Positions 26,188 to 39,095 of a stretch of DNA of 64,000 nucleotides are shown piece after piece. Source of the stretch: Owenia fusiformis (Eukaryota); the NCBI GenBank assembly GCA_903813345.2, contig CAIIXF020000001.1:10416001-10480000 (forward strand), in the 5' to 3' direction. Position numbers and translations under genes: made by a program. Position 1 is the first letter of the stretch, and every line of letters starts with the position of its first letter. The notes beneath the pieces were generated by a model. It worked only from the letters and a program-made list of their open reading frames with translations, did not search any database and was not told the origin of the DNA.

Positions 26188-27895
26188 AACCCATGCGCAC
26201 ATCTTTAGTTTTGTAAATTGTGGGTATGAGTGGGTCGGAGATCAGTGGACTGGTAATCGTTACTGCCACATGGACTGAGATTAGTGATTGTATAGTGACT
26301 CAAATACAGAGAGAAGGAACTGTTTTGGAATTGGTCATTGTAAAAGACAATTGGTGCAACTCGTTTCATGCATTGATCGCCGTTCCGTTACTAGTCATTT
26401 TTTGGGATAAGCTGAAAAATCTCTATCCGAATCCATCCTGAAGCACCTTGAATGTGAAGAAATATATGTGAACGACCGAACGACTAGATTTGTGGTGTAC
26501 GTCAATTTATTCACTTTACAGAGCCAGAGGGGCTAGAAACAAATCATAACAAGCAATTACAATATAATAATAACATTGCATGAAATGGCATTGGCAAGGC
26601 TTTTCAATATTACAGTATGAAATGGCATTGGCAAGGCTTATCAATATAACAGTACGAAATGGCATTGGCATTGGCAAGGCTTATCAATATTACAGTACGA
26701 AATGGCATTGGCAAGTTTATTTGAAACACAATCTAATTTGACTATTTTACATTTGACAACATGAATGCTAACTTAATTGAATGTTTGGCATGTTAACTTA
26801 CAGAACTGGCTCTTGCTTTGAGCTTGAGGGAAATGTGGGAACCAATGGTGGTGAATCTGTGGCCTAACACACTGCCTGAATAAAAATTACAATACATTTC
26901 TAAGTTGACAAAAATACCATAAATGATTGGTAAAATATCAGAAATATGTGTTGTATTTAATCAAGTAATATCTAATAAAGCATATAAAAGTAAAATAAAG
27001 AGTGGATGGCTTACCAATATGAACGATTGTGGATGATTTTGTAGATTTTCTGGAGAGGTAAAAATATATATGTGGCTATTGTAGTGACTGTAAGCAAGAG
27101 GAAGTTGCACATTTATGTGCCAGCTATTTATGTGAATTGAAACATGAAATCTATATAGTGCCATCTATAAATGCAACTATAAACTTTAAAGTGCAGCTGG
27201 TCACATCCACGCGGACAACGTTGACAGACCATCACAGTTAAATATTACTTTGTTTTTATGACCAAAAGTGTACATGGTTATACAATTCTAAAGTTAAATG
27301 TTAATGAATTCTGAGAATTATGCCTTTAAAACATATGCCATTAAAAGTAATGCTTTTTACATAAATGAATGCCAAAATAATGCCTTAATATGCCATTTTA
27401 CATTTTAATACAAAATGTGTTGCCATTTACTGGCTTTTTAGCCCAAAATGTACACCCCAAAATACAAAAATACCTTAACTATGTGCAACTATGTACATAC
27501 CGGCGCGCAAAACACTATTGCTTCAGAATATATTTGTGGTTTTAGGCCACTTATGAAATTGAAATACATTAAGAGCAAGTTGTGTTATCGTAATATGTAA
27601 TTCATACACTTTTTATGTGCATTTTAATTGGTTTATAATATCATACACTTTATATGTGCATTTTTAAGATCATTAATTCAAAAATGGGCTTACATGTATA
27701 AGTGATCCATATTTGTAATTAGTTATATTAGGCAACACAATAATAGTAATATTAATGTAAAAACTCCTACATTACCGACCAATTAAGATAAGTAATTATA
27801 CTGTCTACCGACCAATTAAGGCAAGTAATTTTACTAACATAACCGACCAATTAAGGCAAGTAATTTTACTGATATATCTTCTCATACAATTAATA

Positions 27896-28249
27896 CTATG
27901 TATATGTTAACCTATCAGGCTTTTGTCTTATTCTTGTTGACCTTCGCAGAGCGGATGGGTCCTCCTCCTCCCTCTGATTTTTTGAAAAAAGTAAAATTTC
28001 AAAACTGCCATCAGAACTAGAGTCATCACTGTCACTTTCAGAAGTTGTAGATTCATTTCCACTAGATACTTCATGGTCAACGTCATCAGAATCCGAAGTG
28101 TCATCATTAGATGTAGCATATAACTTCAAGTTTTTTAAATTCACAACCTGAGTATCCAGTCTGAGTATATCCTCATCTTGCTGTTTCTTCTCCTTTTGCA
28201 GCCTCATGTACGCCTCTTTGTATTTGTCCTCACTTGTTGGTGTAGCCAT
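27896..28249 (-). CDS. 117-aa ORF inside the LTR element (coiled-coil N-terminus, acidic tract, Gypsy pol-tail motif)
   Basis: MATPTSEDKY...LRRSTRIRQKPDRLTYT*; LRRSxRxRxxPxRL resembles the post-integrase tail of Gypsy pol proteins. Confidence 0.55.
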   Translation of the reverse strand: MATPTSEDKYKEAYMRLQKEKKQQDEDILRLDTQVVNLKNLKLYATSNDDTSDSDDVDHEVSSGNESTTSESDSDDSSSDGSFEILLFSKNQREEEDPSALRRSTRIRQKPDRLTYT

Positions 28250-28319
28250 CCTTATGTGCGTATTGTACTCAATTTGTATCAATAAAGTATGATAGTAGTA
28301 TATGTACTATTTTTGTAAT

Positions 28320-28925
28320 ACCAGGTATACGTGATGTGTGAAATAATTTGAAACACCCTATAGTTAAAGTATAACTCTATAATTAATAGAGTTAAAAACT
28401 ATTAAAACCAGGTATATGTTTATAGTTGTATGAAATATTTTAAGACACTCTTTAGTAGAAAGATTGTAAGTATAACTCTATATTAACAGAGTTAAAAATC
28501 TATGATACCTGGTATAAGTTTATATTTGTATGAAATAAATTGGGACACCCTGTAGCAATAAATATTGTAAGTGTATCTCTAATATAAACAGAGTTGGAAA
28601 TGTGTAACACCAGGTAAGCTGTATGAAACAAATTGGAACACCCTGTAGCAATAAATATTGTAAGTGTATCTCTAATATAAACTGAGTTGAAAATGTAGGA
28701 CACCAGGTAAACTGTGTGAAATAAATTGGAACACCCTGTAGTAATAAGGATTGTAATACTTCCTCTATATAAACAGAGTTGAAAATGTAGGACACCAGGT
28801 AAACTGTGTGAAATAAATTGGGACACCCTGTAGTTTTAAGAATTGTAAGACTATCTCTATATAAACAGAGTTGAAAATGTAGGACACCAGGTAAACTGTG
28901 TGAAATAAATTGGAACACCCTGTAT
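28320..28925. repeat. About 92-bp tandem array inside the LTR element
   Basis: aaacagagttgaaaatgtaggacaccaggtaaactgtgtgaaataaattggaacaccctgta in about 6 copies. Confidence 0.9.
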
Positions 28926-29397
28926 TTGTAGAGTGGAACCGAATTTGAATAATCTACTACAAGGTTTTTTTATGTTTGGGCAACCTGAGCCTAACTATGA
29001 AACCTAACCTAGCCTAAGTGAAAATTTTTTTGATCACCTTGTGTTACCTTGAAGCTAATATTTAAAAACTACCCTGTACTTGAGATGATTTGATTTTTAC
29101 ACTAATACCGGCATGACACAGTTGCACATGTAAGGTTTACAATAACACTGGGGTACTTCATACACAAATACCTGCTTAAAATATACCTGGTCAGCAGTAC
29201 ATATATGCAAGACGATATAATACCTGTATGTACTTTAATATGAATTCAATAAATGGGGATAAACTGAAGTTCAATTATCAATGCACACTGAATCAGCAAG
29301 AATTCATACAGCTGTGTAGTACAGTGTCAATGTTTCTCAACCTGCAATCAGCTGATTTAGAACTTGGATAACTATCAGTTCAGTTGATCATAATTGT

Positions 29398-29775
29398 CGA
29401 ATATCAAGAGTCAATAATGTACATGTGAATTTTCACCTTTTCAACCTAATTGTTAAATTGCTGAATATCAGAGTTCATGTGAATATCAATGTTCATGTAC
29501 ATTTTCACCTTTTCAACTTTAAAAATTGAATATCAGAGTTCATGTGAATATCAATGTTCATGTACATTTTCACCTTTTCAACTTTAAAAATTGAATATCA
29601 GAGTTCATGTAAATATCAATGTTCAACCTAATTGTTGAATTGCTGAATATCAGATCAGAGTTCATGTGAATATCAATGCTCAACCTAATTGTTGAATTGC
29701 TGAATATCAGAGTTCATGTGGATATCAATGCTCAACCTAATTGTTGAATTGCTGAATATCAGAGTTCATGTGGAT
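29398..29775. repeat. Tandem repeat of about 50-70 bp inside the LTR element
   Basis: gaatatcagagttcatgtgaatatcaatg repeated about 6 times. Confidence 0.85.
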
Positions 29776-29984
29776 TTTCGTGGATCGGGACCACTGTGAC
29801 TTGTATTGTCAATCTGTAGGTTTTGGCTGTTCTAGTGTTCACATTTGAGGGTAACTCTGATATTGAATATCATGATAATCAATTATACATTACATATCTG
29901 TTGTTGACTTCGGGATGCTGCATATACAGTACATCTGTTATCATCTGTAACGTGATTGTCGATCTTAGTTGTCCAATCTTGGTT

Positions 29985-30222
29985 GTCGAATATCGGTTCA
30001 ATCTCGGATATTGAATCTCGGTTGTGGAATCTCGAACCTGGAATCTCGGTTATCGAATCTCGAACCTGGAATCTCGGTTATCGAATCTCGAACCTGGAAT
30101 CTCGGTTATCGAATCCCTGACATGGAATCTCGGTTGTGGAATCTCGGACCTGGAATCTCGGTTATCAAATCTCGGACATGGAGTCTCGGTTGTCTATCCC
30201 AGATATAGAATCTCGGTTGTTG
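29985..30222. repeat. 14/28-bp minisatellite inside the LTR element
   Basis: (GAATCTCGAACCTG GAATCTCGGTTATC)n. Confidence 0.9.
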
Positions 30223-31739
30223 GATTACAGTTCTTCTCTGGCTCTGCACTTTGTTGTTGTTGTTGTTAGCCCGCAGTACCATATGTGAACGACCGAACGA
30301 CTAGATTTGTGGTGTACGTCAATTTATTCACTTTACAGAGCCAGAGGGGCTAGAAACAAATCATAACAAGCAATTACAATATAATAATAACATTGCATGA
30401 AATGGCATTGGCAAGGCTTTTCAATATTACAGTATGAAATGGCATTGGCAAGGCTTATCAATATAACAGTACGAAATGGCATTGGCATTGGCAAGGCTTA
30501 TCAATATTACAGTACGAAATGGCATTGGCAAGTTTATTTGAAACACAATCTAATTTGACTATTTTACATTTGACAACATGAATGCTAACTTAATTGAATG
30601 TTTGGCATGTTAACTTACAGAACTGGCTCTTGCTTTGAGCTTGAGGGAAATGTGGGAACCAATGGTGGTGAATCTGTGGCCTAACACACTGCCTGAATAA
30701 AAATTACAATACATTTCTAAGTTGACAAAAATACCATAAATGATTGGTAAAATATCAGAAATATGTGTTGTATTTAATCAAGTAATATCTAATAAAGCAT
30801 ATAAAAGTAAAATAAAGAGTGGATGGCTTACCAATATGAACGATTGTGGATGATTTTGTAGATTTTCTGGAGAGGTAAAAATATATATGTGGCTATTGTA
30901 GTGACTGTAAGCAAGAGGAAGTTGCACATTTATGTGCCAGCTATTTATGTGAATTGAAACATGAAATCTATATAGTGCCATCTATAAATGCAACTATAAA
31001 CTTTAAAGTGCAGCTGGTCACATATAATTTAATGCGGCATTTCGAACGGATCATGATGAGCATAAATATTGTAATATTGTAAATATTGTAAATTACATGT
31101 AAATAAATTAATCATTGGTTTATGTTATATATAATTTTTGAGGTTTTTTACAATATTAGTAGCATTTTCTTATACATCAAAAAAGCTGTAGGTTGAAACA
31201 TTGTCTTAAAAGGTTGATGTACCTATGTGCCTCTTACCTCTTCTCGAGTCATATTATGGTTACTCTCACAATTTAACTCCAGCTAGTATAAGAGTTTCAC
31301 TTTGGATTTATATTTTTCATTTTCATCTTTGTAGTTGTATCGCTTTCAACGTTTCCAGGGTTTTAACAAGTAAACGTTTTTTATGTCCACTATCATTTAG
31401 CATATCATTTTATCTTTGATTTTTTTCACTGTAATTAATCCACACATAGCTAGGCAAAGTGTGTCCGATTCCAACCCATCCGAACACAGTATTTCATACA
31501 TCTGCACTGTGTTATATAACCAACAAATTACAGTGAAAAAATCAAAGATAAAATGATATGCCTCAACTTCACACTCGATGCTACGCATCTCGAAAAGGTT
31601 GAAATAAACCTTATTTTTGATAAGTCCAGATTGCACGAGTCAAGTTAAGTTATCCAAATGACCAGCGATTGGGCGGGGGGGGGGGGTTGTCCAGAGCTTT
31701 AAAGCAATACAAAGCTACAGTCAGCTGACGATTTCTTAA

Positions 31740-33596
31740 AGGCCCCGTGCAAAGTTTGAAAATTTAGTTAATTATTCAAATATTACTTCTTATTTTTATG
31801 ACTTGTAATGATCTGTTTAAGACTTTTTCAGTAATGATGTGACTTTTGAAGAAAGTTGTTCATCTTATATTAGCCTATAATTTTCAACAAATTATACAAA
31901 ATTATTTCTGCTTGCAAGGACAGCTTCAATCTTTAAGACTGAAATAAGTGATTTTCCATTGAAATTGGATATTTTAGCTTGGTGCTTTCAATTTGAGAAT
32001 ACTTAAATAGCTGCATAATAAACAACCGATATCTTTTATATAGCCTAGCACTTGCTAATAATACCCCATGGTTAATTAATGAACAGATTTAGAGAATTCG
32101 GCTTATCTATTTGTCAAAAAGGTACTTTTTTGGGACCGGGCCTATCAAATTATGGTCCTACTATCCATTGATTTATATGGTGACCTAAATACAACCCTTT
32201 CCTTCATTATCTTATACGCAATAAGGGCCACTAAGGGCCGTTAAGAAAGGGGACCATAATCCCTGGGGGACCATCATTTCTTTCACACCGGTATAAACTT
32301 TTTTAAAACTATTGTGATGACACTCTACTAAGTTGTGATGACATTCAAGTGGCAAATGTTCTGTCATTGGGATCGTCAATTTTTTTCGTTCGGTATTTCC
32401 TAATAGCTAAACTTTTAATACGCAAAACTTTCATAACAAAGCAATATTGTTGGCCTATCTATGTTTTAAATATATATATTTTATATACAATTGGATTCAA
32501 TCCCGGGATTCAATAAACACTAACATTTTACAAATGCTTTATTCTGAATCAGTTTCAAGGTAAGTTTAAGCTTAGTGTGTATGTTAGGAATGTTTTGCAA
32601 TTTTGAAAAGTAGATATAGACCACTGCATATTCTAGTTATTCATACATTCTAAAGAATTATCAACCCATTGCACAAAATTTGTCCAATATTTCACTGCGC
32701 ATGCGCAGAACCATTACTTCCGGTTTTCCAAAGCCTATGGGATTTATAATGGAGACATTTTTCGAACGCTTACTGTGCGAATGATATTGATTTGCCACCT
32801 TAGTCATCTCAGGTTTCTATAACTAGACATCAACCTTTACTGATTTAACATGTTTTAAGCAATGTACACATGCACACTTTTCGGCCAATTTGTTTTGAAA
32901 AAATCATGAGGAATTCATGCATGACTCCATTGAAATCCATTAGAAATGGCGTCAAAATGGTGAAATGAGGATATTCAACGGTCTGGTAGAGGTACTTAAA
33001 ATCATATGGTATCTTAGTCATCTCAGGTTTCTGTAACTTTGAAGGTAGATCTGTTTGATTCCGTTGAGATTAGAATCCTCATACCTTTAACTTTTCGGCC
33101 AATTTCAAACAAAATATGATAACTTTTGGTGATATAACTGGTTCATTACATTGGAATGACGTCAAAATAAAATAAGACAATCTCAGTTTCTATGGCACTG
33201 ACGTCATGACGTCAGATTTATCTTAAGATCTCAAATATGACGTCATGTTTAATCAATGAATGACATCTATCGGCTATTCGACCAATTCTGTGCAATGCCC
33301 CAATTCAATTCTAGGAACACTAACTTCACTGGCGGATCTGGTGGGGGGGGGGCTGGGTTGGGTGGGCCTAGAAAAAAATTTTGGGCCAAAAAGGCCCAAT
33401 GAATAGCAAGTGCCCAAAGGCAGCGATGTCGTTGATCACACGAAAACTGTCATGAACTCTTGAAAGCCCATGGTGACATTTACGATTTTATTTGAAACGA
33501 ATTCATTATATTTGTGAAAACTTTCAAATAGCAAATTTTTAAACATTGGGCAAGACAATACAAAATTAGCCAAAGTGGTAACTTTACATGGGGCCT
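31740..33596. mobile_element. Kolobok-like non-autonomous DNA transposon
   Basis: TTAA-AGGCCCCGTGCAAAGTT...AACTTTACATGGGGCCT-TTAA; 5'-end fragments also at about 37936 and 38046. Confidence 0.75.
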
Positions 33597-34035
33597 TTAA
33601 ATATTATTCCCATGAAGACATATTTTGCGATCTCATTTTTAGTGCAACATAGTCACATGACCAGCAACGGAAAAACGGTGAGTTGAAATTTTCCACTTTG
33701 ACGCTGATTTCTGCTGAGTTTGTGAGATTTAACGAAGCAATGCACTGATATCTAAAATAGCTACATATCCAAAATTGCATATCGATTGTATGAAATATAT
33801 TTAATGGTGCAGTTATTGTGAAATATTAGTTTGAAAATAAATGTTGACAATTTACTCTATTATCGGCCATTTTGAATTTTTCTGATTTATTTTTCTGGTA
33901 GCCTAGTTTTAGAGAATACATTACGAATTAAATGCATGCGAGAGATCCAAAAGCGTAAGTAGGTTACAGCATGTAGAATCCAAAAGATTTAAAAAACAGT
34001 GGTGGATATCATTTGGCTTTATTTTCTGAAGTGTG

Positions 34036-34632
34036 TAGGGCTGCCATCGAACTCAAATGTCAGTGTCGACAGTCGAACTCTGCTGTCGAAAATATTGTCG
34101 ACAATCGAACTTTCCAGGGAGAAAAAATCATCGGGAAAAAAAGAAAAATTATTTCTGTGTTGTTGGTTCGTTTTTTCCAAATCTTTCAACACAAATATCA
34201 CTATCGGGGAAAAGCTTCATATAACTTATATTCATATTGGTATGTAATTGCCTAATATTGTTACTAAATGCCAAGTTAATAGAATATTATAGACGAAAAT
34301 GGGACAAATACCTGCAATGTTTCGACCGGGATTTATTTCGACTGCTCGGGCGAAATCTCGTACAACGTCTCGCAAGAGAGAAGAGAAGTCATGAAGGGAA
34401 CTTCCGGGTGAATTTATTTTTTGAAAATGAAATGAATGTGAACAATATTTCCGCAGAATACGCGCACATAACACGTTGAAATGTGTATTGAAATGTATTG
34501 GGGCCATTTGGATATTTTCAAGTAAGTATTGATATCGTTTGCTGTCGACATGACGGGAATTTTTGTCGACTTCGTTGTCGAACTTGCATTTTGACTGACA
34601 AGTCGACGTTCCGACTAATGATGGCAGCCCTA
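34036..34632. mobile_element. hAT MITE
   Basis: TAGGGCTGCCATC / GATGGCAGCCCTA TIRs; perfect 8-bp TSD GAAGTGTG; TGTCGA subterminal repeats. Confidence 0.92.
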
Positions 34633-34934
34633 GAAGTGTGTGTTGGGAAAAATCTGAAATATAGCCCTACAGTCGGAGACATTAATAAACCTCAACCATC
34701 AGTTGTCAAAAGTTGTCCCAATGAGCTAAATTCTAAGTTTCATGTCTCAAACTCTCCCAAGCGGAAGAAAAATAATTCCCGTCCAATCTGTCTCTAAGTA
34801 GCACAATAAATGAATCCATGGGCTTCAAATAGAGTTGAAAGCCGATGATGAATCCAAAGCTTCATACCTGCAAATGATGGATAAATTCCTACCAAATCAA
34901 ACGAATGTTTTCACGGATCGCTATGTTTGTGATC

Positions 34935-35063
34935 CAAGGAGGATGGACTCCCAGAATGCAACATCAGTAAACCTTTTTTACTCGTGACAGGTTTCAAAAT
35001 GGTGGAACGGCATTTTGAAAGTTGGCACGTGTCATGTTGCATTCTAGGAGTCAATCCTCCTTG
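34935..35063. mobile_element. Small MITE / hairpin
   Basis: CAAGGAGGATGGACTCCCAGAATGCAACAT / ATGTTGCATTCTAGGAGTCAATCCTCCTTG. Confidence 0.7.
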
Positions 35064-35606
35064 CAGTGTAATCAGGCTCCAAAATCACCTCAACATTTGA
35101 AGAGTCTGCATTAACATGTGAATATCACTTCACATTTTCAAGGTCCTATTTGTCATTATGGACACAAATTCCACTATATTTGTACGTTCCAGGACGGAGA
35201 AAATAGAGCACTCAATTCACTGAAGTAGGAATTTATGACATACATGACAGAATGTCTTTTTCATAGTGTTAGTCATTATTTATGTTCACCACTTTAATAA
35301 CAAGGAATCATTTTTGATTACAAAAAATCGAGTCGAGTTCTCTATGCCCCACACATAAGGTACATGTAATAAATCTAGGGTGCCTCTTAATGTATAATAT
35401 TTGGTGTTCATGCAACACACATTGTGATTTATTTCATAAGAATATGAATACAGCTGTACTGTCTTTACATAAAGTGTGTATAAGAGGTTATATCACTATG
35501 ACTTGAAATATGCCTGAGTTCTCCCAATATAGGCCGACCTTGCGAGGCTCTATATTTAGGCAAGAACGAAGAGGCATATATTACGTCTTAGTGACATAAT
35601 TGAATT

Positions 35607-35843
35607 ATTACATACCTTTATTCCAATGCCTACTTTGTATCAGTGACGTCATACTGTACATCTGTGTACGAGTAGAATTTGAACGAAATGAAACATGATG
35701 TTGTGATATTGTCATGTTTATCAAAGAATCTTATATCAAAATGAGGTAAGGGGACTATATCGATGAATCGGGCAATATCGATGGATTTAGCCCGCCAACT
35801 TTCCCATTGACTTCCATACAAATGCTTCGCTAGGTATGTAATA
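35607..35843. mobile_element. MITE with TATTACATACCT TIRs; second copy at 40939-41139
   Basis: Inverted termini and internal homology between the two copies. Confidence 0.7.
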
Positions 35844-36269
35844 CTCGAGATACATGTATTTAGACCAAAGAGCGGCTACTATATCAACAAATAAATACTG
35901 CTGGGCTAGGCATAAACCTTAAGGTATTTACTACTGATCTGAGGTCTATATTACATGAAAACTCACCAAAATTTTTTGAATATTTGTTATGGCCCGCCAT
36001 GACAATGTCCCCCAATTATGACATCACATATTACTCATGTTACCAGATGTTGAAATATTGACTTCGCTCACAGTTTATAGAAGGCGTGAATACAGTCATG
36101 TTTGAATTCTGTTTATGTCACATCTGTTTTAATTCCAGCTCCTTTCAATGTTCAGTTGAATGTAAATGGAAAGCATTACAATTAACATTGAAAAATAAGC
36201 AGGACACATAGATACTAGCTGACACTGCCATTGTATGAAGATGATGAAAATGATGGCATTGTAAACAAG

Positions 36270-36369
36270 ATGGAAATCAGATGTGGAGGGCTACTTTTTT
36301 CTTCCAAGTTTGACTCTGGAAACCTAGCTAGAGTTGAAAAGGTCACAAGAGATGATGACGATTCAGAAG
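36270..36369 (+). CDS. AGBL5: Cytosolic carboxypeptidase 5 (CCP5), coding exon 1
   Basis: [25 protein letters not shown], matching the AGBL5 N-terminus; gtaaca donor. Confidence 0.92.
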
Positions 36370-36600
36370 GTAACAAATCAGCGTTTTTCTAGGGATATTA
36401 CGTCATAGGCCCCTACCCTATTTTGCTTTACTTGAACAGCTAAAATATATACCTCAGAGATACCTAATCCTACATGTTTACTGTACAAATCGGCTGAATC
36501 GATATAATCGAATCGATTCAATTGATACATATTGGTCAAATATTTACAAAGATTGCATTTTTGTTTGCTCCTTTATAATTATTATTGTATCTTATTTAAG

Positions 36601-36703
36601 GTGCTGTAACATTCATCAGTGGTTCAGATGTGAAGTGTGACTATGAATTCAATGCTTGGACAAACCCAGATTGTGGAGGAACACCCTTCGAGAATGGAAA
36701 CAG
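36601..36703 (+). CDS. AGBL5: CCP5 coding exon 2
   Basis: [22 protein letters not shown]. Confidence 0.93.
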
Positions 36704-37061
36704 GTTTGTACATGTATCTGAAAGCCGAAAAAATATTTGAAGAGAGTATTGGGAAATTTACCAAATATTTGGTTCAGGGTGTAATTTCACAGCCCTTTGT
36801 TAGATCGAAAACCTTACTTCCTCTTATGCTGTCCTCTATTATCTATATCCATTTACAGTAAAAAGATATTTATGTACATATAAAAGTAGCCAACATCAGT
36901 TTTAGATTTTGGCCTTGAAAATTACTTCCAATATGTCCAGAATAAGATTTTTAATCTGAGAGCTGATAGCATCAAAACTGTAAAATAACTGTATAATAGT
37001 GAGAGGGTAATGTGGCTGCCTTGTTGTTAACATTCAGTATAATTTTCATTCACTATTTCAG

Positions 37062-37233
37062 GTCCTGGTTCTACTTTGGAGTTAAAGGTGCATCTGGGGG
37101 TAAGGTGATAAAGATCAACATAATGAACATGAACAAACAGGGTAAACTGTACAATCAGGGACATGCCCCTCTAGTGAAGACTGTACCTGGCAAAACAAGA
37201 TGGGAGAGGATACGAGATAAGCCTTCTTGGGAG
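37062..37233 (+). CDS. AGBL5: CCP5 coding exon 3
   Basis: SWFYFGV...[24 protein letters not shown]...WERIRDKP. Confidence 0.95.
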
Positions 37234-37619
37234 GTACAGTAGAGCTCTTATTAAAACATGCATACAAAGAGGCAATTACAGTAAAACCTGTCATAATGAA
37301 AACCTCTCCTTAGTAAACACCTGTCTCTAGTGGACACCCTTCCTACGCACATACTCCACTGACTTCTGTATAAATTTTCCTCTCTGTAGTGAATACATAC
37401 CAACACTGAGCATTTTTTCTCAGCTAAATAATTTCAATATACTCAGGTTTACTTTACATGTAATTTTTACCATATCAAAAATCAAAAGTCAATTTCACAA
37501 GTAGTAATGTTAATCAAAGTTATCACAATCAATTGGTGATAACTGTATGGACCGATAATCTAACATAGCAATTAATACTGTATTTATTCACATAGCTTTC
37601 TTATTTTATTACATTTCAG

Positions 37620-37786
37620 ATGGTTGATGGTCAGTTTATATTGACGTTCACTCATCGTTTTCTTGAGTTCAGAGGTGCTACTACTTACTTTGCCTTCTGT
37701 TTCCCACATTCCTACAATGAGGCACAGGAGAAGATGAATGTCTTGGATTCAAAATTTGATCACTGCAAAAATTTGACTCCAAAAAG
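37620..37786 (+). CDS. AGBL5: CCP5 coding exon 4
   Basis: [27 protein letters not shown]. Confidence 0.95.
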
Positions 37787-38232
37787 GTACTTGATTCAGA
37801 TAGAGGTGTTCTTCCTTAACTTAGTACATGTACATGTAGGTACTTTGAAATTTCTAGTACATGCATTCTTTTGATATTGTGCCTGTACATCTCTACATCC
37901 TAGGACTGGTATTTAACTTAATGATAGATAATAACTTAAAGACCCCATGCAAAGTTTGAAGATATTGTTTTTAATAATGATTCAAATCTCTTATGACTTC
38001 TTGTTGTCATTTATGGTTGTTTTCTAACTTAATAATAGATAATGACTTAAAGGCCCCATGCAAAGTTTGAAAACATATTTTCATTATAATAATGATTCAT
38101 GTATCATTTGTTGTGAATTAAAACCACATACAAACACTGTACGAGGTGAGATGTCATATCATGGTAAAATTATTTTCAGGAATCATTAATGATTTTAACT
38201 TCTCGTACTTGTTGCTTTATCTGTCATTCCAG

Positions 38233-38413
38233 CCCCCCAGACAGTATTTACTACCACAGAGAGCTACTATGTAAATCCCTAGACAATCTCCGTGTAGATC
38301 TGCTCACTATTTCCTCCTGTCATGGTTTGACAGACGAGGAGGAACCAAGATTTGACTCAAAGTTATTTCCAGATACTGATACGCCAAGATGTAAAATATT
38401 CAAGAATAAAAGG
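38233..38413 (+). CDS. AGBL5: CCP5 coding exon 5
   Basis: [38 protein letters not shown]. Confidence 0.95.
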
Positions 38414-39095
38414 GTATGTTGACAAGGACATGTTCCATGCATTATTTTCTGAGATTGACTCAATGTCTTTATAAATCAAAATGATGTCATTGATGTTTAT
38501 CTTAAACTTGATCATTGAATGTGTTTGACTTCCTTTGAAAATTTAAATTGAGGGTACTTAAAAGTAAATGGCAAATACAGTGTACATGTATGTTCAAAAC
38601 GAGGGTATTTTAAAGGCAGAATCTGATCTATATGGGGTGACAAAATTACAAGCAACATGTATAATTGACCTACCAATCTATCCCTTACAATATCAAATAC
38701 AATATCTCCCAAAAGATTCAAAAAGTGCAAAAATGAGTGAAAAAATGTTTAAATTCTTCCATATAATAAGAATGGTAACCATTCTTATAGAAAAATGATA
38801 CATTGTTGTAAAAATCTTTAGTTTTCCTGGAATAAAGTATGCACTTTTGTGATTTTTAGAAAATAGACATGACAAGGAATGACACGAGCCAAGAATATTC
38901 TGAAATTGAAACAATTTTTTGTTTAGCCTGCTCGCTATATCTGATTCTCTCTTTAAAGTAGATGACAAAAGTATCTTGTAGTAACATATATTCCAGATTC
39001 ATTGAATATAAAGGAATTTTTGTTCATTGAGATCTGCTACTTCATGGAGTTTCTATTTTCTATTTTCTATGTTTTCTATGTTAAATGTATTTCAG

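Larger units (their letters stand above)
26467..31022 (-). mobile_element. Non-autonomous Gypsy-like LTR retrotransposon
   Basis: Two 739-bp LTRs (26467-27205, 30284-31022), TGTGA...TCACA, apparently identical; TATA TSD; PBS-like TGGTACTGCGG next to the right LTR on the - strand; no RT or integrase core. Confidence 0.9.

Noticed and set aside
28500-30269. Repetitive ORFs at 28500-28918 and 29969-30269
   Set aside because: Translations of tandem repeats, open in several frames, with no protein-family signal.
26961-30981. Identical 67-aa ORFs at 26961 and 30778
   Set aside because: Chance ORF within the two LTR copies.
32694-32726. NRF1-like (TGCGCATGCGCA) and ETS-like (ACTTCCGG) promoter motifs
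   Set aside because: They lie within the Kolobok-like element and cannot be tied to a gene from sequence alone.
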